NCBI GenBank assembly: GCA_046047475.1
Contig: JBJOHY010000094.1
Location: 1-34,302 of the forward strand
Origin: Actinomycetota bacterium
GTDB lineage: Bacteria; Actinomycetota; Actinomycetes; S36-B12; UBA5976
Reading direction: 5' to 3'
Length of the DNA: 34,302 nucleotides
Shown here: positions 26,587-34,302 of the stretch, one piece after another
Numbering within the stretch: position 1 is the first letter of the stretch
Layout of the letters: the number at the start of each line of letters is the position of its first letter
Program-made: the position numbers and the translations under genes
Notes under the pieces: model-generated
Told to the model about the DNA's origin: nothing
Databases searched by the model: none
Seen by the model: only the letters and a program-made list of their open reading frames with translations

Positions 26587-27048
26587 ATGAATCAGGAGAG
26601 GTTCATGAATCAGAAGAGGAATAAAATGCGTCGAATTGCAGTTTTAATTACCGCACTATTAGTAGTTATTTCTGGCGTGAGCGCCACCGCCCATGAGGGT
26701 GAAGATCACAGTGCGCGTGAATGGGATGGTAGGTCAGCTCCCACACTTGAAGTAGTTGTAACTAAAGACATGATGTCTGGCTACAACATCAATATCAAAG
26801 CCAAGGGCTTTAAGTGGGCTCCACAGCGCGCTTCCATGGCGCACCGTGCCGGTGAGGGTCATGCGCACATTTACGTAGATGGAATCAAAGTGGGTCGGGT
26901 TTATGGAAGTTGGTATCACCTATCAACTTCGCAATTGAACTTAAAGCCTGGAACCCACAAAATCAAAGTAGATCTGAATGGCAACGATCACATCCCGTAC
27001 ACATATAATGGAAAATTAATTGCGAAGACGGTTAAATTCAAGGTTTGA
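26587..27048 (+). CDS. Small secreted His-rich protein of unknown function (possible metal-binding beta-sandwich, DUF4399-like)
   Basis: Signal peptide MRRIAVLITALLVVISGVSATA. The mature part has HEGEDH, AHRAGEGHAHIYVDG and LKPGTHKIKVDLNGNDHIPY. The GH-x-H-hydrophobic-x-D and PG-x-H...H pattern resembles DUF4399 from memory. Better-supported starts are ATG 26605 (SD AGGAGAGG) or ATG 26626 (SD GAAGAGGA). Confidence 0.7.
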   Translation: MNQERFMNQKRNKMRRIAVLITALLVVISGVSATAHEGEDHSAREWDGRSAPTLEVVVTKDMMSGYNINIKAKGFKWAPQRASMAHRAGEGHAHIYVDGIKVGRVYGSWYHLSTSQLNLKPGTHKIKVDLNGNDHIPYTYNGKLIAKTVKFKV

Positions 27049-27083
27049 TCGTCCTTAAAAATACTTATTCATTGAAAACAAAA

Positions 27084-27118
27084 CTGGCGATAGCAGGAAA
27101 AACACCTGCTATCGCCAG
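27084..27118. terminator. Bidirectional intrinsic terminator between the His-rich protein gene and katG
   Basis: Perfect 14-bp inverted repeat CTGGCGATAGCAGG / CCTGCTATCGCCAG with a 7-nt loop. It is flanked by an A-run upstream (AAAACAAAA) and T-rich sequence downstream, so it can act on both convergent transcripts. Confidence 0.75.
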
Positions 27119-27165
27119 TTCTATTCTAAAAATCACAATCTAAATTCTTGATAGATCTCATTAGG

Positions 27166-29349
<2,184 letters not shown>

Positions 29350-29459
29350 TTATTGGGTACCTTGCTACCCTATCAAATCTTCCCTTTTCCACTCGATTTC
29401 AATTAAATGTTGTTCGAAGCAGGCAGATCTCATCTTGGTTTGTCACCGGACTTAGGATT

Positions 29460-30428
29460 GTGCGCATGAACGCAATTGTTTCAATGTGCACGCTGGATAC
29501 CCTTGCGAGGGCAGCAGCTAACTTACAGCGTGGTGGAATCGTTGCTTTCCCAACCGAAACCGTCTACGGCCTTGGGGTCGACGCCACTAACGAGTCTGCC
29601 GTTAACCGCATGTACCAAGTCAAAGGTCGCCCGGCAGACCATCCGGTAATTGTTCACATTGCGTCACTTGATGATGTTGACTATTGGACACGAAATATTC
29701 CAGATTATGCGGTTAATCTGATGCGCGATTTCTGGCCAGGTCCAATGACCTTGCTATTGGAACGTTCTGAAAATGTTGGTGACTTTATAACTGGCAACCA
29801 AAAGGTGGTCGGAATAAGAATTCCAAACCACTCAATCGCGCTCAACTTACTTGCTGCATTTAAGAAGGTAGGCGGAAAGGGGGTAGCGGCACCTAGCGCA
29901 AATAGATTTGGCGCGGTTTCCCCAACAACCGCGGCTGCAGTCAAAGCCGAACTGCAAGAGTATTTGGCGCTAGATGATCAGATTCTTGATGGTGGCCCGT
30001 CAATTATTGGAGTTGAATCGACCATAATTGATTGCACTAAAGCAAATCCGATAATTCTTCGTCCAGGTGCCATCACGGCAGCAATGGTCGAGCAAAGCAC
30101 TGGAATCGTGTTAGCAACTCCGGAATCTGAGACAACCAGAGTTTCTGGTTCACTGCCACAGCATTACTCACCCCAGGCATCGGTAAAAATTGGGGCAGAT
30201 GCAGTTGCTGGTGATGGCTTCATCGCGTTAGCAGAGATTGCTACACCAATTGGGGCAATTCGTCTTGCTTCACCTAAGACTGTGGAGCAATACGCCAGAG
30301 AGCTTTACGCTGCACTTCGCGCTGGTGATGAGCAACAGCTCAACTCGATCTGGATTGTCCCGCCAACTGGAGATGGTTTAGCGATTGCGATTAGAGATCG
30401 AATCGAGCGAGCAAGCAGTAACTATTAA
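29460..30428 (+). CDS. tsaC: L-threonylcarbamoyladenylate synthase, long Sua5/YwlC form (t6A biosynthesis)
   Basis: Motifs GGIVAFPTETVYGLGVDA, KGRPADHP, WPGPMTLLL, VGIRIPNH and APSANRFG, plus a C-terminal Sua5 domain. The start is GTG 29460 or ATG 29466. Confidence 0.85.
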   Translation: MRMNAIVSMCTLDTLARAAANLQRGGIVAFPTETVYGLGVDATNESAVNRMYQVKGRPADHPVIVHIASLDDVDYWTRNIPDYAVNLMRDFWPGPMTLLLERSENVGDFITGNQKVVGIRIPNHSIALNLLAAFKKVGGKGVAAPSANRFGAVSPTTAAAVKAELQEYLALDDQILDGGPSIIGVESTIIDCTKANPIILRPGAITAAMVEQSTGIVLATPESETTRVSGSLPQHYSPQASVKIGADAVAGDGFIALAEIATPIGAIRLASPKTVEQYARELYAALRAGDEQQLNSIWIVPPTGDGLAIAIRDRIERASSNY

Positions 30429-30547
30429 GTCTTACTTTTCAATAGATATCTTGTTGCAAGTAATTTGCAACTGCCTCTATAGATTTGCTTAGAATCAATA
30501 ATATTAAATACATGTTGGGACCTCGGTAAAGCTTTAAGGGTAAACTC

Positions 30548-31864
30548 ATGCCAATGTCTACGTTTGAACTTAACTCAACTTCACCACTTCGAATTGCCAA
30601 AGTGATGCTGCACACCTCCCCGCTCGACCAGGCTGGAATTGGTGATGCTGGCGGGATGAATACTTATGTAATTGAAAGTGCGAAGAAACTTTCAGCTGCT
30701 GGAAATGAAGTAGACATCTTTACCAGAGCAGCAACTGCCGATCTACCTGACGTTGTGGAAATCGCGACTGGAGTGCGAGTCAGGCATCTTCATGCCAAGC
30801 CATATGAGGGCGTTAGCAAAAATGACATTCCAGCTTTACAAGATCAATTAATCGCGGATTTTTATCGCCATACTAAGCAGAGTGATGGTTACGATCTGAT
30901 TCATTCGCATTATTGGACTTCTGGCACTTTTGCGAAACAAATTTCACGAGAGACCTCAATCCCATTTGTTCACACTTTTCACACCACTGCCAAAGTAAAA
31001 AACTCATCCCTTGCTGACGGTGAGCGACCAGAGCCTCTTTCTAGATCTATCGGCGAGGAGAAAGTAGTAAGTGAAGCTGCAGCAATTATTGCAAATACCG
31101 ACTCCGAGGCTGCTGGCTTAGTATCGCTTTACGGCGCTTGTCCAGATCGGGTCTTTGTTGCAACCCCCGGAGTCAACTTAACTGAATTTCAACCTGGTGA
31201 TGGTCGTCTTGCTGCCCGCGAAAATCTGGGTATAGATCCGGATAAATTCATCTTGATGTTTGTTGGCCGGGTTCAACCACACAAAGGGCCAGACGTTTTG
31301 ATTCGTGCGGTAGCGGAAATCATTGCCCATAATCCCAACTTACGTGGCAAGTTAAATGCTTTAATTATTGGTGGCGTCTCTGGCGAAGAAAAAACTGACA
31401 GTATTGGCGAGCTAGATAAGTTAGAGAATCTGGCAAACTGGTTAGGCGTAGGAGACGTTGTTAGATTCCTGCCACCAGCAGCTCGCCATAAACTGCCTGA
31501 TTGGTATCGAGCAGCAGATATTGTTTGCGTACCTAGTTACAGTGAGTCATTTGGACTAGTTGCATTGGAAGCCCAAGCCTGCGGTAAACCTGTTGTTGCA
31601 ACTGCTGTTGGTGGCCTTCGCACTGCCGTATCTGATGGCTTTTCTGGAGTATTAATTGATGGACACGATCCGAAGGCTTGGTCAGCAGTGCTGTTGCGCC
31701 TTGCCGCTCAACCTGAACGACTACTTACACTTTCAAAGGGTGCGCTGCAGCATGCATCGCAATTTGGTTGGGATCAAACCGCAACGTCACTACTTGAGGT
31801 TTATCAAAAAGCTATCAAAGAATCACAGCAACTGCGCCTTACTGCAGCGGTCAGCTTCGACTAA
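30548..31864 (+). CDS. mshA: D-inositol-3-phosphate glycosyltransferase (mycothiol biosynthesis)
   Basis: RIAKVMLHTSPLDQAGIGDAGGMNTYV matches the MshA N-terminal signature (HTSPL-x-QPG-x-GDAGGMNVYV). GT4 C-terminal motif SESFGLVALEAQACGKPVV. 438 aa. Confidence 0.85.
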   Translation: MPMSTFELNSTSPLRIAKVMLHTSPLDQAGIGDAGGMNTYVIESAKKLSAAGNEVDIFTRAATADLPDVVEIATGVRVRHLHAKPYEGVSKNDIPALQDQLIADFYRHTKQSDGYDLIHSHYWTSGTFAKQISRETSIPFVHTFHTTAKVKNSSLADGERPEPLSRSIGEEKVVSEAAAIIANTDSEAAGLVSLYGACPDRVFVATPGVNLTEFQPGDGRLAARENLGIDPDKFILMFVGRVQPHKGPDVLIRAVAEIIAHNPNLRGKLNALIIGGVSGEEKTDSIGELDKLENLANWLGVGDVVRFLPPAARHKLPDWYRAADIVCVPSYSESFGLVALEAQACGKPVVATAVGGLRTAVSDGFSGVLIDGHDPKAWSAVLLRLAAQPERLLTLSKGALQHASQFGWDQTATSLLEVYQKAIKESQQLRLTAAVSFD

Positions 31865-31879
31865 CTCTTCTTAGTTGGG

Positions 31880-33235
31880 TTAGCGGGCAGAGCGGGATTT
31901 TCGCCCTGATGCGCTCCGACCTCGCTCAAAACTTTTCTTGTTCTCAAATCTATTGCGGGATTTGGAACGGCTACGATTTCGATCGCTTCTACTGCGATTC
32001 TTCGGCTGCGCCTTCTTCGGCTCTTCGGTTGGAATACTCAAAATTGGCACTCCGCTTGGTTTCTTCGCGCCAGTGATTCGCACCAGCTCCTGATCCATTG
32101 GTAATACCGAGATTACTTTAGGCTCAACGCCAGCCCGAGAGGTCATTCCGTTAACCGTCTTCTGCTCCTGCTTTGTCGCAAGCGTGACTACTCGACCAGC
32201 TTTTCCGGCACGTGCAGTTCGACCAGAGCGATGTAGATAATCCTTGTGATCAGCCGGTGCATCAAAATGGAGTACCAAATCCACATCATCAACGTGAATT
32301 CCTCTTGCAGCAACATCAGTTGCGACTAGCACTCCAGAATCTTGCTTCTTAAACTCTGCCAAAGTGCGAGTTCTAATCGCCTGCGATTTGCCACCGTGGA
32401 GTGTTCCTACTTTTACTCCCACATTTGCGAGGTTTGCAGACAATCTATCGGCACCTCGTTTGGTTCGAGTGAAGAAAATTGCTTTCCCTTCACGAGCTGC
32501 AATCTGACTTGTAATGTTTGTCTTGTCACCATGGCTAACTAAAAATACGTAATGGGCAGAACGTGACTTTGTTCCAGCCATATCTGCTACTTCATGTGTT
32601 TTTGGATTTACTAAATATTGCTTAACCAAAACATCAACGTCACGATCCAAGGTGGCAGAAAAAAGAAACCGTTGGCCACCTGGCTTTACTAAATTGAGAA
32701 TACGCTTCACATCTGGCAAAAAGCCCATGTCAGCCATCTGATCGGCCTCATCAAGCACCATGATCTCCACATCATCCATGCGGACGTGTTTCTTTTCAAC
32801 CAGATCCAATAATCTGCCAGGGGTAGCTACTACAACCCCGATGGATCGCTTCATTGCCGAAACTTGTTTTCCATAAGACAAACCTCCGGCAACTAAAACA
32901 CTTTCTTGTCCAACAGATTTGCCGAGTTTAGAAATCACTTCATTAATTTGCTGTGCTAATTCCCGAGTTGGGGCTAGCACTACCGCAAGTGGCTTGCTTG
33001 GTTTTGCTCGCAACCCGCTTATGTTATGTAGTAGTGAAAGGCCAAATGCAAGCGTTTTGCCAGATCCGGTCTGACCTTTACCCAATATGTCATGCCCGGC
33101 TAGGGCGTCTGGAATTGTGGCCGCTTGAATTGGGAAGGGTGTGACAATCCCTTGCGCATCCAGCGCATTTACTAGCTTTGGGTTTAGGCCCAGTTTTCGA
33201 AATGTTTGCTGTTTTACAGCAGTATTAACCGTCAT
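31880..33235 (-). CDS. DEAD-box ATP-dependent RNA helicase (RhlE/DeaD-like) with a basic Arg/Ser-rich tail
   Basis: Q-motif region FPIQAATIP, motif I GKGQTGSGKTLAF, motif Ia PTRELA, motif II DEAD, motif III SAT and motif VI HRSGRTARAG. The C-terminus is KNRSRSDRNRSRSKSRNRF... Confidence 0.9.
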   Translation of the reverse strand: MTVNTAVKQQTFRKLGLNPKLVNALDAQGIVTPFPIQAATIPDALAGHDILGKGQTGSGKTLAFGLSLLHNISGLRAKPSKPLAVVLAPTRELAQQINEVISKLGKSVGQESVLVAGGLSYGKQVSAMKRSIGVVVATPGRLLDLVEKKHVRMDDVEIMVLDEADQMADMGFLPDVKRILNLVKPGGQRFLFSATLDRDVDVLVKQYLVNPKTHEVADMAGTKSRSAHYVFLVSHGDKTNITSQIAAREGKAIFFTRTKRGADRLSANLANVGVKVGTLHGGKSQAIRTRTLAEFKKQDSGVLVATDVAARGIHVDDVDLVLHFDAPADHKDYLHRSGRTARAGKAGRVVTLATKQEQKTVNGMTSRAGVEPKVISVLPMDQELVRITGAKKPSGVPILSIPTEEPKKAQPKNRSRSDRNRSRSKSRNRFENKKSFERGRSASGRKSRSAR

Positions 33236-33423
33236 TACTCTTCACCAATCACCTTGACATGTATGTCTTGGTGACGCTCTTCGTGGTGACGAAATTAAGA
33301 CTTACATATGTATCCGTTATTTACGGATCTCGTTTTGCTAGAAAGTTACCTCTAACGATGGCCAAAGGTATCCCATGGCAGGTTTTAATTAGCCACCGGG
33401 TGTAGCAGTGGTCCTTTTGGTGG

Positions 33424-33582
33424 CTACTTTTTCAGATTATTCGAGGATGACCAAAATCGATAGGTAGTAAATAAAATTAATAATAGTCCTAGTCCTTGCA
33501 GCCCTGGTGAATCATCAAATTCGCCTAAAACTATTGCCAGTAAACCAATCAAGATTGTGATTAGGCGCAACAGAATTTTCAT
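33424..33582 (-). CDS. Candidate 52-aa two-helix membrane peptide, below the ORF-track length cut-off
   Basis: My translation is MKILLRLITILIGLLAIVLGEFDDSPGLQGLGLLLILFTTYRFWSSSNNLKK, ending at TAG (33424-26). Two hydrophobic helices are separated by an acidic turn. The SD is weak, so this is uncertain. Confidence 0.35.
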   Translation of the reverse strand: MKILLRLITILIGLLAIVLGEFDDSPGLQGLGLLLILFTTYRFWSSSNNLKK

Positions 33583-33637
33583 GTTCTCATTCTATGCAAC
33601 TCATAAATCAAAAAAAGAGTTGCCCAATAAGCCGGAA

Positions 33638-34302
33638 TTATCGATTCTTTGTCAGGAAATTCAGGGCCGCTTCCATTGGGCCTAACTTGAATCTCTTTAG
33701 CCACAGAGTTGCACAGTAGGATTGAATTAGCCAGATCGTTAACGCAATTGGTATAAGTTGCCAAAGTTCAACTCGTTGAAATAAACCCAGTCCCCAGGGT
33801 GCAAAGATGAAAAGCATAGCAATTGACTGTGAAATGTAGGTTGTCAGCGACACCTTTCCTGCTGATTTCATCCACCCAACAAGGCGTGGGCGTATTCGAA
33901 TAATTGCCAAGATTGCACCGAGATAACCAACTGAAAGACGTGGTGCAGTAATCATAGATATTATGGTCAAGCCCAAATGAACTATTTTTGAATTGTTTGA
34001 TGCCGCGCTATTCATCAGCCATAAAGTAGCCAGCACCAATTGGATGGGTAGGCCGTATATCACTCCTATCTTGATCATCTTAAAGATATTTTTCTCTGGG
34101 GTTGAAGGTGACAGCAAGTTACTTCTTGACGCGTAAATACCCATCAAGAACGCAACAAAAGCAACAACTCCTTGAAATAGAATCAAAAAGAGGGTTGTCT
34201 CTAGCCAATAACCGGCTCGAGAATCTATGGAATCCAAATATGTCCCATTGAGCATCAACTTATCGAGTTCCAAAGCTCGTTCCGAGGAAAGTGACGCACT
34301 TA
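33638..34302 (-). CDS. DUF418 (YeiB-like) membrane protein, C-terminal part; the gene continues beyond the window end
   Basis: The C-terminal block WLIQSYCATLWLKRFKLGPMEAALNFLT matches the DUF418 ending (F-x-x-GP-x-E-W-L-W-R type), and the protein is multi-TM. The reading frame stays open upstream of the TTG at 34271-73 to the window edge (...SASLSSERA), so the ORF-track start is probably not the true start. Confidence 0.75.
   Translation of the reverse strand, partial: SASLSSERALELDKLMLNGTYLDSIDSRAGYWLETTLFLILFQGVVAFVAFLMGIYASRSNLLSPSTPEKNIFKMIKIGVIYGLPIQLVLATLWLMNSAASNNSKIVHLGLTIISMITAPRLSVGYLGAILAIIRIRPRLVGWMKSAGKVSLTTYISQSIAMLFIFAPWGLGLFQRVELWQLIPIALTIWLIQSYCATLWLKRFKLGPMEAALNFLTKNR

Noticed and set aside
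29396-29408. AT-rich near-palindrome ATTTCAATTAAAT upstream of katG, considered as a possible Fur/PerR-type box.
   Set aside because: It is only 13 nt with a mismatch in an AT-rich promoter region, so chance occurrence is likely. I cannot match it to a defined FurA or PerR consensus.
33391-33424. Inverted repeat AGCCACC...GGTGGCT after the small ORF, considered as a terminator.
   Set aside because: It is a 7-bp stem with a ~20-nt loop and no U-tract, which is too weak to call.

Overview
This is a gene-dense 34.3 kb chromosomal segment with about 31 CDS and a GC content in the mid-40s % by eye. Neighbouring genes often share or overlap stop/start codons. The gene content points to an actinobacterium: MshA (mycothiol), KatG, an Opp-type operon with a fused double ATPase, a bPH-type membrane protein, and actinobacterial-style GT4 glycosyltransferases. 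The low GC and tight packing suggest a streamlined lineage, which is an inference.

Gene order is:
- argS (5' part, minus strand)
- LIP-family lipase, orphan ParA-like ATPase, stand-alone E2-type acyltransferase domain
- a translationally coupled GT4-GT4-SGNH operon, HAD-IB phosphatase, secreted S1 protease
- tgt
- DrrAB-like ABC-2 exporter
- Opp/Dpp-type ABC importer (SBP, 12-TM permease, permease, opposite-strand bPH gene, fused ATPase)
- MFS, DUF885, PatB/MalY-type aminotransferase, Old Yellow Enzyme, LLM oxidoreductase
- TerC preceded by a yybP-ykoY (Mn) riboswitch, a small secreted His-rich protein, katG
- tsaC/sua5, mshA, DEAD-box helicase, a small membrane ORF, and a DUF418 protein that runs off the window end

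I found no rRNA, tRNA, CRISPR array, transposase, integrase or phage genes. No clear-cut novel multi-gene system such as a defence island is visible. The most unusual items are:
- the Opp operon architecture, with a six-helix insertion in the permease and an antisense-embedded gene
- a Tgt with a non-canonical pocket motif and an insertion
- the Mn-riboswitch / His-rich protein / KatG neighbourhood
- the lipase / acyltransferase / GT4 / SGNH / HAD envelope-type cluster
- pervasive overlapping convergent 3' ends, with only one canonical terminator

All family assignments come from motif recognition by eye, not from database searches.
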